Assembly: GCF_009914755.1 (NCBI RefSeq)
Contig: NC_060930.1
Reading direction: 5' to 3' (one strand)
DNA: 64,000 nucleotides
From: the human T2T-CHM13v2.0 reference genome, Homo sapiens
Shown here: piece after piece, positions 1 to 23,199 of the stretch
Position numbering within the stretch: position 1 is the first letter of the stretch
How the letters are laid out: every line of letters begins with the position of its first letter
The notes under the pieces: generated by a model
What the model was told of the DNA's origin: nothing
The model's database searches: none
Seen by the model: the letters and a program-made list of their open reading frames with translations, nothing else
Program-made: the position numbers and the translations under genes

Positions 1-796
1 AGATGGAAACTACTTTGGAGTGAGGGGAGGATTTGAGCTGCAGAAGCTCTTAGGTGAAAGAAAAAATCATTTCTCAGAACTTTCCTCTCAGATTGCATGG
101 GTGTGATGGATATTTGCATAACAAGTGTCCATTTTCTTGCTTCTTTCCATGATCTGGAGGTTCTCATGTATTCGTGTGCTATTCCTAACAGTTGTACATG
201 GCAGCTGAGAAGCATCTGACAATACTCAACAATTCATATTACTGTTAAATTCGTATATATGTAACCTCAACATATGTGAAGCATGATAGCACTTTTTTTT
301 TTTTTTTGAGACAGGGTCTTGCTCTGTCACCCAGGCTGGAGAGCAATGGCCTGATCACAGCTTACTGTAGCCTTGACTTGCCAGACTCAAGCCATCCTTC
401 CCCGCTTCAGCCTCCCAAGTAGCTGGGAGTACAGGCGTGTGCCACCATGCCCAGCTTATTTTTGTATTTTTTTTTTTAAAGACGGGGTTTTTCCATGTTG
501 TCCAGGTTGGTCTTGAACTCATGGACTCAGGGGATTTCCTGCTTCAGCCTCCCAAAGTGCTGGGATTACAGGTGTGAGCCACCTTGCCTGGCCTGATAGC
601 AATTCTTTATATTGACAACTAGAGGGACATTGGAGGCTATTTTGCAAACAGTTTTGTTTTTCTAAAAATATTTAATAAGATGGAATTAAAATTTCAAAAA
701 ACCCAGCTGGGCACGGTGGCTCATGCCTATAATCCCAGCACTTTGGGAGGCCAAGGCGGGCAGATCACCTGAGGTCAGGAGTTCGAGACCAGCCTA

Positions 797-982
<186 letters not shown>

Positions 983-1161
983 TCAAAAAAATACAATAAA
1001 ATAAAATTTCAAAAAACCCATTTGATTAAATTTTTGATATTTATTAACTATAAGCCATATTTTGCCTTTTAATCTTAATACAAAATTTTGAATATATTAA
1101 AAGAAAACTCACTTTTGAATGCATGTAAAAATTTTAATTTAAAAATGTCTTACTTTCATCA

Positions 1162-1666
<505 letters not shown>

Positions 1667-3482
1667 TTAGGGGCAGTATAAGTGTCCAGATTTGGGTCAG
1701 GGGTGTGTTTAGGAACAGGAGGCAAGATTTTAGTTAAAATGAGACTTCTGTTTAGGGATAAGATCAGGAACAGAGATAACCTCTAGCACCTTTTGATCTG
1801 ACATAGGTACTCCAGGCTTCCAGAAAAACAGGCTTGAGGCTCTATAATTATACCTTGTTTGGCCTAAAAATGACATTTCTGGCCGGGCGTGGTGGAGCAC
1901 ACCTGTAATTACAGCACTTTGGGAGGCCAAAGCAGAAGGATTATTTGAGCCCAGGAGTTCCAGGTCAGCCTGGGCAACATAGCAAGACCCCGTCTCTATT
2001 TAAAAAAAAAAAAAGACTCAGCTTGATCACTGGCGTTAGTTCCCAGACTTAATCCCATATGAATTTTATCTGTTTCCTAAAGTTAAATCTACTTTCAGAA
2101 GATGAAGATTTGCCACCACCAGCAATGCTGACACTGATCAATAATGTCTTCTACTACATGTCAGGCATGGTGTGTGCCCAGTGTTCTCAATTCATCCTCA
2201 CAGCACACTCACATATCTGTGGCTCAGAGAAGTTAAGTAACTTGTCCAAGGTCACACAGCCAGTGTTTAGTGGAGCCATTCCACTGACCAAGCACCTACT
2301 ATGTGCTTGGTTTTACTTGTGTTATTTCTAGTCCCTACGGAAACTTCAAAAGGCAAGCAGGCATTTTTCTTCACCTCCCTGTGCCTCTATTTTTCTAGTC
2401 CATAAAGTGGTGACGACACTTGGAATCGACTTTATGGAAATTGCCGTGAAAATTGAATAGATAGAAACGTGCAGTGCTTAGCACAGTGCTGGCCACAGAG
2501 CAAGTATCCTATGAAATGTCAGCTATGTGCTGTTTTACCTTCATTTCACCAGTAAGGAAATGGAGGCCCAGGTCCCTAAAGGAACTCCACCTCAGGCCTC
2601 CAGGGCTTAGCTTACCTGGCACAGAGGTGAAAGGAGGCGACTTTGGAGAAAGTTAAAGGAGAGTGGTTTTGCCCAGAAACAGACCCAGTGTCCCGCTTCC
2701 CCAGGTTTCTGCTGGGTGGCCTTGGGCAAGCATTCCCCCTGCTTGGAGGCTCCAGCCTGGGCATCAGTGTCTCAAACGGGCAAAAGACATTTTGCATCTC
2801 AAAAGGATCCATGCAGGTGGGCTCATCAGAAATGGGAACTGCGGTCACCTGAGGGTGTGTCTGGGCTCTTGTGAAATAGAAAGTAGGGCTGAGCTTTGAT
2901 CAGGCTCACACAGGCTTAAGTTTTGTCCAGGTTGTGTTGTTACATCACATAGCCCCTGGCCGTCTGTTCTAAAAGGAATTTTCTCTCAGTGAACCCTAGG
3001 AGTCCAGTGCCAGGGTTCTTGTGTTATCCTTGCTTCTTGGAGGCTCAGAGAGGTTAAGTCACTGTCCAGGTCTCCCAGGTGGGCAGTGTGAGTGAGTGGG
3101 ATTCGGGCAGATTCTCTGAGCTCAGAGCCCGGGCACAGCCCCACTTTGGCCCGCAGAGGGGCTTCTCAATTGTTGGTTGGACAAAGCCCTGGGTGGCAGC
3201 TGGGCACTGGCTGCAGGAGCTGGAAATGCAATGCAAGCCCAGTCTTTGCCCTCATGGAGCTCACAGCCTGGGAGATGAGAGTTGCTGGTGGGCATGTACA
3301 GAGAATGAAACAAAAACACTCATGTCTTCTCTAGAGAGAAATCTGGACGGGGCACAGTGACTCATGCCTGTAATCCCAGCACTTTGGGAGGCCGAGGCGG
3401 GCGGATCACCTGAGGTCAGAAGTTCGAGACCAGCCTGGCCAACATGGCGAAACCCCGTCTCTACTAAAAAATACAAAAATTA

Positions 3483-4001
<519 letters not shown>

Positions 4002-5639
4002 TCACAGAATCCATGTGAATCTGAGCTGGCCCCAGCAGAGTCAGGAATCCCTGGGTAGACACAGTTCTTCCCTCTGCTCACACATGCCCAGGCACAGGCT
4101 GCTCTCTGTCTTCCGAAGCCATCATGCTGCACAGGGACAGCTGCTTGGGAAGCTCTTCCACCCATGAGGCCAATTCTGTCTCAGTACAGCACCCCTCTGT
4201 GGTCCACTGGGCCCCCCACAGTGGGACAGTCACAGTCTTAGTTCAGCCAGAGAGGGGCCTCCACCCTCCAAGCCCCCAAGGACCCAGGGGTAGAAGCAGC
4301 AGCAGTCCCCTGGTCCTCAGCTCCTATGCCCAGGGCAAGTGAATGGGGACCAGATCTGCAGATCTGTTTCTGTCCAGTCAGGCAGAGACCAATAGGAGAG
4401 ATGGATGAGGGCCGGAGCCAGAGGACAGACAATGAGACAGGTCAGGCTGTTGTGGTGCGGCGTGAGGTCCATTCAATAGCTATTCATTGAGCCCCTACTG
4501 TATGCAGGGCACTTCTAGGCACTCCACTCACAGCAGTGAACAGAATGGACCAAAGTCCCTGCCCCTGAAATACTCAAAAGATGTCCTTGAGCCTCTGCGT
4601 CCCATCCCTACTTCCCTCTGTGTTAACAGGAGGGGTGCCTGTGCACCTTTCCTGTGTCCATGCCAGTCCCCCCAAGAGGGGCCTGACTGCCCTGCTTGCT
4701 TACCCTGGCTCAGTCGGTTGAGTCCAGTGGTGGGAAACTCGGATTACCGGCTGGATCCTGTGCCTGCCTCTGTGCCCGCTCTCTTTGATGGCTAGCCCCT
4801 CCCTATGGGACAGTGATCTTTCTAGAACAGAAAAGAGCAGTTCTCTTGATAATTGGCGAGTAGTCCAAACGGGGTGCGACTGATGGAGTAGTGATACTAC
4901 TATTAGCAGTAGCAGTAGCTGTATTCATTGAGAGCTTGCTGGGTTCCAGGCACTGCTCTAAGTGCTTTATCTGCTGTATTAGCTCGTTTAATACTCAACA
5001 ATTAGGCCCTGCAGGGTGGCTCACGCCTGTAATCCCAGCACTTTGGGAGGCTGAGGCAAGAGAACTGCTTGAGGCCAGGAGTTCAAGGCTGCAGTGAGCT
5101 ACGATCACACCACTGCACTCCAGTCTAGTCAATAAAGCAAGACCCTGACTCAAACGAAAAAAGAAAAAAAAAACTCGACAATTTTACATGATTTACAGTT
5201 TTCACACCTGTTTTACATTGGAGGAAACTTCACGGAAATGTGCAGTCACTTGCTGAAGGTCAGTACCCAGCAAAGCCTCCCTCCAGAGCCGCTCTGGAGC
5301 CACCCCACCCCACGCTAGGGGCAGGAGGATCAGAGCCCCTGCTGCAGGCTGGAGGCTGTCCCGAGGTGCACGCCCTCTGCTGCAGCTGCATATTTGTGAG
5401 TCCCCGGAGCCAAACACTTGGCTAGCACCCCCAGAGCAGAGGGAAGAGCCCCGAAACAGAATGGGCGAGTTCAGAGCAGTGGCTGTCACTCTGGCTGCCC
5501 ATCAGGATCCCTCCTGAGCCTTACAGCGCCCTAGACTGGCTCATCAGAACCCCTGGTGTAGGGCCCAGGCGTCAGCATTCGTCAAGGATCCCCAGGTGAA
5601 TTCAATGTCCAGCCAAAGCGGGGAACTACCAGGGTAGAG

Positions 5640-5860
5640 GCCTTGTGGCTTATTGGAAATAGTTGTGGGTTAAAACCCACCTGGGCTTGAGACTTGGCTC
5701 CGTCATTTCAAGCTGTGTGACTCTGCGCCAGTCACTTAATTTCACTGAGCCTCAATGTCCTCAGCTGTGAAAAAGGGGTAAGTCCCTCTACCGTACAAAG
5801 GGGTTGTGAGGGTGGAATGAGACAGTGTCTGCAAGGACTCTAGCACGTAGGCTCCATCTT
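5640..5860 (+). mobile_element. MIR SINE
   Basis: agctgtgtgactctgcgccagtcacttaatttcactgagcctcaatgtcctcagctgtgaaaaggggt is the MIR core. Other MIR pieces near 2120-2260, 2370-2510, 4900-5260 and 36440-36545. Confidence 0.75.
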
Positions 5861-6069
5861 TACTAGTAAGGAGGGGGCAGGACAGACTAGGCTGGCAGAG
5901 CGGAGGCAACGACTCATCATCGCTGGAATGGGTCTGTGGAATGTGTTGGGACCCCCGAACCCCAGGCCCTCCCACCGTGGGCTTTCAGCTCTTCCGGGAG
6001 CTTAAGGCTTCTGACGGGGGCCAGCCCAGGCTTGGAGTGGGAGGGCGGGGAGGGTGCACTGACTTAGCC

Positions 6070-6088
6070 TTACCACCAGGTGGCGACA
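6070..6088 (+). promoter_or_regulatory. CTCF binding motif, forward orientation
   Basis: TTACCACCAGGTGGCGACA contains the core CCACCAGGTGGCG. It lies in a non-Alu, relatively CpG-retaining patch (~5900-6400) with a GC box near 6040-6054. Confidence 0.7.
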
Positions 6089-6713
6089 CGAACACACCCA
6101 CCGGGGAGGACACCGGCCCCGCGGAAGGTGAGGATAACTGGGAATACCAGGCATGTTACAGGACTTGGTTTTGGTTTGGTTTGGTTTTAGTACTAGGTAC
6201 ATATTTTCTTTCATTTCCATTGACTTCGTGCCACAGTCCTGTGGTAGCGCCACTGCCCTCCTTTAGCGGGTGAAGAAACTGAGGTGGTGCTGGCAACTAG
6301 GATGTGAACTCCACATCCGCTTCCTGACCACGGAGTCAACAGCAGTCAGAGCTGCAAGGGAAAGCGTCAAGTCCCGCGGTTCCTAAACCTGTCTGATGAT
6401 AAAAATCATCCAAGGCTCTTAAAAAAAAGAAGAAAAATATCCTGGGCCACAGGCCAGATATTGAATTAGAATCTCCTGGGAAAAGAGGCCTGAGAATGTG
6501 TGTGGTTAAGAGCACCTGGCCGGGCGCGGTGGCTCACGCCTGTGATCCCAGCACTTTGGGAGGCCAAGGAGGGAGGATCACTTGAGGCCAGGAGTTCAAG
6601 ATTAGCCTGAGCACATAGTGAGAGCCTGTCTCAATTTAAAGAAAAAGTTAAAGGCCGGGGGTGGTGGCTCACACCTGTAATCCCAACAGTGGGAGGCCGA
6701 GGCAGGCGGATCA

Positions 6714-7034
<321 letters not shown>

Positions 7035-7119
7035 TCACACAGTGAATCCCCTCTAAGCTCCTATCGAAGCTCCTCACACCCTCTAGTCCAGAAGCCAGGC
7101 CACTCCCCACAAAGACGAG

Positions 7120-8115
<996 letters not shown>

Positions 8116-8151
8116 ATATACACCCAGAGCAGAGGGCAGTGCACCCCCAGA

Positions 8152-8153
<2 letters not shown>

Positions 8154-8197
<44 letters not shown>
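8154..8197. repeat. (AC)~22 microsatellite
   Basis: Uninterrupted AC run. Confidence 0.97.
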
Positions 8198-8200
<3 letters not shown>

Positions 8201-8356
8201 ACAATCTGCGCCCAGTCTGATTTTTTTTTTTTTTTTTTTGAGATGGAGTCTTGCTCTGTCGCCCAGGCTGGAGTGCAGTGGTGCAATCTCAGCTCACTGC
8301 AACTTCCGCCTCCTAGGTTCAAGCGATTCTCCTGCCTCAGCCTGCTGAGTAGCTGA

Positions 8357-8524
<168 letters not shown>

Positions 8525-9445
8525 TGATTTTCTTTATCTTTTTTTTTTTTTTTTTTTTAGTGAGATGGTCTCACTCTGTTGCTCAGGCTGGAGTGTAGTG
8601 GCTCCATGATCATGGCTCACTGCAGCTTCCTGCCACCACTACTGACTAAATTTATTTATTTATTTATTTATTTATTTTAGAGACTATGTCCCGTTGAGTT
8701 GCCCAGGCTGGTCTCAAACTCCTGGGCTCAAGCAATCCTCCCACCTCTGTGGTCCAAAGTTCTGGGATTACAGGCGTGAACCACCACGCCCGGCTGATAG
8801 TTCTTCATTGTTGTTTAAATTTATGTGAATATTTATTAGATCTAAAGTAGAATGTCCAGAATTTGCTACTGTCCTTGACAGCCTCAGAATGATTTTCCCC
8901 AAAATGTTAGTATCCAATTTATAATATACTGAAGAAAACAAATCCATGGTTATTGTTAAAATAAGTCAATAAAACTGCTAAGTTGGCCGAGCACGGTGGC
9001 TCACGCCTATAATCCCAGCACTTTGGGAGGTTGAGGCAGGCGCATTACCTGAAGCCAGGAGTTCAAGACCAGCCTGGCCAACATGATGAAACCCCATCTC
9101 TACTAAAAATACAAAAATTAGCCGGGCATGGTGGCGGGCACCTGTAGTCCCAGCTACTCAGGAGGCTGAGGCAGGAGAATCACTTGAACCCAGGAGGTGG
9201 AGGTTGCAGTGAGCCGAGATCATGCCACTGCATGGAGCCTGGGCGACAAAGTGAGACTCTGTCTCAAACAAATAAACAAACACAACAAAACAAAAACTAC
9301 TAGGGCTATGATTGAAGGAGGAGACGGCTCTTGCTTTGACTGTTCCTCCTTATTCAGCAGAAGTTCCGGGTTTTCACAGGGAGGCTCTTAGGGCAGAGGG
9401 ATGGTGATGGGGAGCACTTAAATAAAACCCCTGCTGTTCATTTAG

Positions 9446-9670
<225 letters not shown>

Positions 9671-10441
9671 TAGCCAGGATGGTCTTGATCTCCTGACCTC
9701 CTGATCAACCTGCCTCTGCCTCCCAAAGTGATGGGATTACAGGCGTGAGCCACTGCGTCCAGCTGACTCAGGGCTGTTTTGCTGCTCCACCTGCTGGTAT
9801 TAGGTGGCTCCTAGGTCACTCCCCTTGTGATAGGACAAAAATGGTCAAGGAGAAGCTGGGCAGATTTCTCCCACCCTGGCCCACTAGAGCCCCATAATTT
9901 CTCCGCCATCTCACCTCCTTCTTAAGACTGATTCAGGGCCAGGCACCATGGCTCATGCCTGTAACTCCAGCACTTTGGAAGGCCAAGGCGAGTGGATTCC
10001 TTGAGCTCAGGAGTTCGAGACCAACCTGGGTAACATGGAGAAACAAACCTCGTCTCTACAAAAAATACAAAAATTAGCTGGCGGTGGTGGCACATGCCTG
10101 TAGTCCCAGCTACTGGAGGGGCTGAGATGGGAGGATCACTTGAGCCCAGGAGGTCAAGGCTGCAATGGGCCGTGATTGAACCACTTGTCTCAAAACAAAA
10201 AAAAAGACTAATCATCCCATATTGGGAAAGTGGCTAAGTTGAGGTGGGTTTGGAAGAGGAGAGTTTTTCTGGTGGGAGATAGAGATTGAAATGAATCGCA
10301 CAGAGTTGCTTTAGGAAGGAAGAAAAGAGAAAGGAAAGGGGATTTTTATTAGTGTGGCTTTGACTATGTATATGTATATGAATCATTTTAAAATCTTTTG
10401 ACTTTAAAGGAAATGGCTTTTTAATTACCTTAGGCAATTAA

Positions 10442-10591
<150 letters not shown>

Positions 10592-11019
10592 TAATTGTAT
10601 TTTTTGTAGAGAGATGGGATTTCACCATGTTGTCCAGGCTGGTCTTGAATTCCTGGGCTCAAGCAATCCTCTCACCTTGGCCTCCCAAAATGCTAGGATT
10701 ACAGGTGTGAGCCACCACACCCAGTCAAGTTGTATATCTTGAATCAGATACTATTCTGAGACTGAAGCGTGTGGGACTGAGCTTTATTAGGGTGACACCC
10801 TTATTAATGAAGACTCCTCATGGGGCTGGAAAACCAACACCTTGGTGTCTTGGCTCCTGGACAGCTGGGCCACCCACTGCCATGGCCATGCCCTGGACCC
10901 TGTCATCACCCGAAACTGCTCCACCTCTCAAATTACAATTCAGATGCCCATTCTCTGACGACAGTCTCCTCCACCACACCTCTTCTTTGACCCCATTGGG
11001 ACTTCCAACCCGTAGCTCC

Positions 11020-11500
11020 CAGTTCTTCTGCCCAAGCATCTTTTTCCTTTTCTCTTGGTAATGGTACCCACTTTTCCTTTGAGGAAAATCCAGTTTCCCC
11101 CCATATGGATAATCATATTCAGCTGAGGCTGACTCCATTCTCCCCAACTAGAGGCACAGACCATGACCCACATCTGGTCACCCATCCTATGTTAGTCCTT
11201 TGGCCTCAGCCATTGGTCAAGCATGGGCATGCGACTCTAGCCAGTGTAGGGAGAACAAGCCCCAGGACTATTGCTAAGACTTCAAAGAAGGAGATGTTTT
11301 CTTTCTGTTCAGGTGGCTCGACTGGAAGGACATAGCCTGGACTTGCTGGGAGCTGTCCTCAGTGGGGAGCTGTCCTCAGTGGGGAGCCTGCAAGAGAATG
11401 AGAAAATCTGAGCAAAGAGATAAAGAGACCAATTCCTAATGATCTTGTTGGAGTATCTGAAAGTAGCCATTCCTGAATCTACTCTGGATTTTTCAGGTTC
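11020..11500 (+). mobile_element. ERVL LTR (LTR33-like)
   Basis: Motifs ttggtaatggtacccacttttccttt, ccattggtcaagcatgggcatgcgac, gagcctgcaagagaatga and ctggatttttcag resemble LTR33. Confidence 0.55.
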
Positions 11501-11569
11501 TGTATGTGAGTCAGTATTTGAGATCTGTGAATCAGAGTTGGTTCACATCACTTGAAACAGACTTGACTT

Positions 11570-12649
<1,080 letters not shown>

Positions 12650-13529
12650 TGAGGTGGATGGATCACTTGAGCTCACAAGTTTGACACCATCCTTGGCAAC
12701 AGGTGAAACCCTGCCTCTACAAAAAATACAAAATTAGCCAGGCATGGTGGTGCGCACCTGTAGTCTCAGGTACTCAGGAGACTGAGGTGAGAGGATCACT
12801 TAAGCCCAGGAGGCAGAGGTTACAGTGAACTGAGATAATACCACTGTACTCCAGCCTGGGCAACAGAGCCAGACCTTGTCACAAAAAAAATAAATAAATA
12901 AAAGAAAAAAATTACAGGGAAGATTTCTTTTTTATTAAAACCTTTATGTGAAGTAAAACATACTTATTGCAGAGAAGTGCATAAAACATAAATGTACAAG
13001 TTAATGCATTACTATGAAGCCAACTCCTTTGTAACCTCAACTAGGTCAAGAAATAGATATTGTCAGGTGCCAAAAGCCTCATCCTTTTCCTCACCTTCAA
13101 AGGCACCACCACCCTGATTTCTATGGGTATGTGGATTAGTTTTGCCTGCTTTGGAGTGTTATATAAATGGAATTATACATTAATTTTTAAAATTTATTTT
13201 TAATTTTTATTGCCTTAATTAATTTTTAAACATTTTATTATTATTTTTTAGAGACAGGGTCTCACTCTGTTGTCCAGGCTGGAGTGCAGCGGCACGATCA
13301 TAACTCACTGCAGTCTCAAATTCCTGGACTCAAGTGATCCTACTGCCTCAGCCTCCCAAGTACCTAGGACTACAGGTGCCAGCCATACACCTGGCTACTC
13401 TCTATTATTTTTTATTTTACTTTTATTTATTTACTTATTTTGAGACAGAGTTTTGCTCTTGTTGCCCAGGCTGGAGTGCAATGGCGTGATCTTGGCTCAC
13501 CGCAACCTCCGCCTCCCAGGTTCAAGTGA

Positions 13530-13844
<315 letters not shown>

Positions 13845-14176
13845 TGATCCTCCCATCTCAGCCTCCTGAGTAACTGGGACCACAGGTGTGTGCCCAGCTG
13901 ATTTTTTGAACTTTTTTAGAGACAGGGTTTCCCTGTGTGGCCCAGGCTGGTCTCAAACTCCTAGACTCAAGTAATCCTCCTGCCTTGGGTTCCCAAGATG
14001 CTGGGATTACAGGTGTTAGCCCCTACACCTAACCCTATATTATTTTTTATAAGCTTTATTCTTTTGCTTTTCGTATTGAAGACTATAGCCCACCTGGAAT
14101 TTATCTGTTGATGGTGTGAGGTAAGGGTCAGGTTTCATTTTTTTCCCCATAGGAGCACACTCAGTTGATTTACTGA

Positions 14177-14506
<330 letters not shown>

Positions 14507-14877
14507 TAAGCCACCGCACCTGGCCTTCTGTAGTGTTCTTTGCAAATATTTTGTTACATTCATTCCTGTGTAATCGATTTATCATTTGATGCTATTCAAG
14601 AAGCTTATTTAAAGCCCAGGTTCTTGGCCAGGTGCGGTGGCTGACACCTGTAATCCAGCACTTTGGGAGGCTGAGGTGTGTGGATCACCTGAGGTCAGGA
14701 GTTCGAGACCAGCCCAGCCAACATGGTGAAACCCCGTCTCTACTAAAAGTACAAAAATTAACCGGGCATGGTGCTGCGTGCCTGTAATCCCAGCTACCTG
14801 GGGGGCTGAGGCAAGAGAATCACTGGAACCCAGGAGGCTGAGGCTGCAGTGAGCCGAGATTGAACCACCGCACTTCA

Positions 14878-15012
<135 letters not shown>

Positions 15013-15070
15013 TCACCTAAGGCCAGGAGTTCAAGACCAGCCTGGCCAACATGGTAAAACCTCATCTCTA

Positions 15071-15274
<204 letters not shown>

Positions 15275-15620
15275 TCAACATTTGGAGAGTCTAAGTGAGT
15301 AGTTCTGGAGTGAGCCCAGATGGGAATTTTGAAAAAGCTCCTGGTGGTTCTGATGTGCAGATCCCATCCTGTCTTGCTGCACTCATTATCTCTTTTCAAT
15401 CCCCTTCAGTCCCCCTCCCTCCCAGCTGGCCCACGCCCATAAGCCTGTGAACATGCTTAGTCTCCGTGTCTTAGAATAAACCTCCCCAAACCCCTCCAGG
15501 TCCTGGCATCGCCTTTTTCTCCCATTAATAGCCATACTTTTAAGGGTTGACCACACCTGTGCTTTCATATTTTTATACTCCTTATAAAACCATGCAGCCC
15601 TTCACACAGTTTAAAATTGA

Positions 15621-15950
<330 letters not shown>

Positions 15951-18759
15951 TAATTTTTTAATTTTAGATTTTTTTGTAGAGAAGGGGTCTAGCTATGTTG
16001 CCCAGGCTGGCCTCAAACTCCTGGCCTCAAGCAATCCTCCCACCTCCACCTTCCAAAGTGCTAGGATTATAGGCGTGAGCCACCATTCCTGGCCTGAATG
16101 ATCTATTTCCATCCCTGGATTATTTCTCTTTTTCTTATTGGTGTGTAGGAGCTCTTTGTAATAATATAGATATTAACTTATCTGTCACATGGATTTCAAA
16201 TGTCTTCCCATTTTATTATTCCCTTTGACTTTGATGAAGGTATCTTTTGCTATATACAGTTTTAAATGTTTATGTAATTTTATATGTGTATCTCTTCTCC
16301 TATAGCTCTGGTTTTCTGGTCTTAGTTTGAAATATTTTATATACTCTGGCCGGGCACAGTGGCTCACCCCTGTAATCCCAGCACTTTGAAAGGCTGAGGT
16401 GGGTGGATCACCTCAGGTCAGGAGTTTGAGACCAGCCTGACCAACATGGCGAAACCCTGTCTCTACTAAAAATACAGAAATTAGCTGGGCATGGTGGTGG
16501 GCGCCTGTAATCCCAGCTACTCGGGAGCCTGAGACAGGTGGATCGCTTGAACCCGGGAGGCGGAGGTTGCAGTAAGCTGAGATGTGCCATTGCACTCCAG
16601 CCTGGGCAACAGAGAGAGGCTCTATCTCAAAAAATTATATACTCTGAATATTGTTTACATTTATATGTTTAAAGCATTTGAAATTTATTTTCATGATTTT
16701 GGTGAGAAGTAGGGATTCCACCTCATTTTCCTCCTAGTGGGACAGCAAGTTGGGTCAACATCACTTATTAAAGAAAGTATCGGGCTGAGTGTGATGGCCC
16801 ACCCCTGTAGTCCCAGCACTTTGGGATGCTGAGGTGGACAAACTGCTTGAGCCCAGGAGTTTGAGACCAGCCTGGCGATATAGTGAGACCTCGTTTCTAC
16901 AAACAATATAAGCATTAGCAGGGTGTAGTGGCACACACCTGTAGTCCCAGCTACTTGGAAGCTGACGATCGCTTGAGCTGAGAAGGCCAAGGGTAGAGTG
17001 AGCCATGATTGTGCCACTGCACTCCAGCCTTGGCAACAGAGGATGATGCCCTGTCTGAAAGAAAAGAAAATCGCAAATAAATAAAGTATCATCCTTCCTC
17101 ACAGAATTAAAATTCAACCATTGTTTTTTGTTGTTATTTAGACACACGGTCTCGCTCTGCCACTCAGGCTGCTGGAGTACAGTGGCCTGACCATAGCTCA
17201 CTGCAAACTTGAACTTCTGCCTCAAGCGATCCACCCGCCTCAACCTCCCAAAGCACTGGGATTACAGGCGTGAGCCACTGTGCCTGGCTTCCACCATTGT
17301 TATATATTACATCAACTGTCTGTTGGGATCTGTTCCTCTTCTGTTTCACTGACATTTTCATCATTTTCTTGACCATTCTTAGAAAGGTGTTGGCAGGGAT
17401 CAGAGTCTGAAAACTTTGTCTCTCCTCGTACCCTTGGCCAGACAGGAATCTGTGCTGAAGGTGGTAGCCAAGATTAGAGTGTGCTCCTGGCAAGACCCCC
17501 TCCTCCTGCCTGTATGGGGTTGTTTCTGCATTGCATGATCACATGCACGCCTCTGCACTCTGCTTTTCTCCCTCACAACCTTGGCAGCCCCTCAGCCCCA
17601 CCACCACTCTGCTGCAGACACGGGACTAATCTCATTACTGTCTTTATCCCTGTTCACATCGCCCATCACAAGAAGCCCAGATCCCTGCTCAGCCCTCCTC
17701 CCTGCATCTAATCCCCATCTGGCTCTGCTTCCCTTCTCCCCACCCCCAGCTACTGAAACTCTCTGCCAAGTCCCCGGAACTCAGGCACGGGAGGTCTTCT
17801 TTGAACTCTTCCTTCGCCTTCTGGCTCTTCTGACACTGCTTCCCCTACTGTGAGCCCAGGTGGTGACTGTTTTCCCTCCCTCCCTCCCTCCCCTGCCACT
17901 GGGCCGGCAGATGGGGGCCCTCCTTGCTCCACTTGCAGAACATGAGCTTCCCCCTCTTCCCCCAAACCCCCAGCTTTCAATCTCATGTTATTTGACAGTA
18001 CCATTGCTGCAGACATTCCACGACTAAATTCTTCAAGGAATGAGATGACTCCTCATTCCTTGAAGAGTTTAGGCCAAGGGAGGTGGCACATGCCTGTAAT
18101 CCCAGCACTTTGGGAGGCTGACCCCAGGAGGTCATGACCCGCCTGGGGAAAATAGTGAGATTCCATTCTACAGAAAACAATAAAAATGAAAAAAATAACC
18201 AGGCATGGTGGCATGTGCCTGTGGTCTCAGCTACTCAGGAGGCTAAGGTGGGAGGATCGCTTGAGCCCAGGAGGTCAAGGTTGCAGTAAGCCATGATTGC
18301 ACCACTGCACTCCAGCCTGGGAGACAGAGTGGATCCCATCTCAAGAAAAAGAAAAGAAAGAGTTTAGCAGCAAATTCACTGTCCTCTCTAACACTGCTCT
18401 TGAGGTTCAGTTCATTCGGTGTCCATGCAGGTGAGCCTTCCTACCCCAGCCTCTCAGTCCCTCCACGCATGGCCTCACCTTGCCCTGACCTCAGCACTGT
18501 CCCTCAGGATCAGACCTGGACAGGCCTCTCACCCTTGGGACTGCTAGGTGCTGCTTCCACCTGCGATCCAAGCTGCAGGTGCCCTTCCCTCTTCCCTCCC
18601 CACGATTTCTTCCTCTCCATTACTTTGGGCACCCCCTTTCAGCCATTTTATAGTTTGGGGTTTTGGCGATCTCCTACTTTTATTAAAGATAGGCTTTTTG
18701 TTACTGTACAGGATTCACCAATATGAGATCACTTGACGGGGACTTGAGCTGACATGAGC

Positions 18760-19590
<831 letters not shown>

Positions 19591-19649
19591 CAGTTTGTTA
19601 GCTTGTGCAGTTGAGGAGTTAGAAGTTTGCTTCATTGATTGACTATAAT

Positions 19650-22850
<3,201 letters not shown>

Positions 22851-23199
22851 AACACAACATTCTAGAACCACACATTCATCATGATTGGGGGTAGAGTGTT
22901 CTGCTGATTTCAGTGGTGGGCCAGAGGAGCCACTTTGGCTTAGAGCAGGACTCAGCAAAGTATAGCCCTGGGGCCAAATTTGGCCTGCCATCTCTTTCTT
23001 TCTTTCTCTTAATTTAAATTGTATTTTTTGAATCGGTATTATATGCAAATGGTACAACATGCAAAAGATAAAAATGAATATACAGTTGAAAGTAACTCTC
23101 CCTCTTCCTAACTTCCAACTATCCAGTTTCCTTCCTCAGCTGCATCCACTCTTGCTGGATTCCTATGCTGCAGGAGATGGTGAGATTCTAATCATAGAA

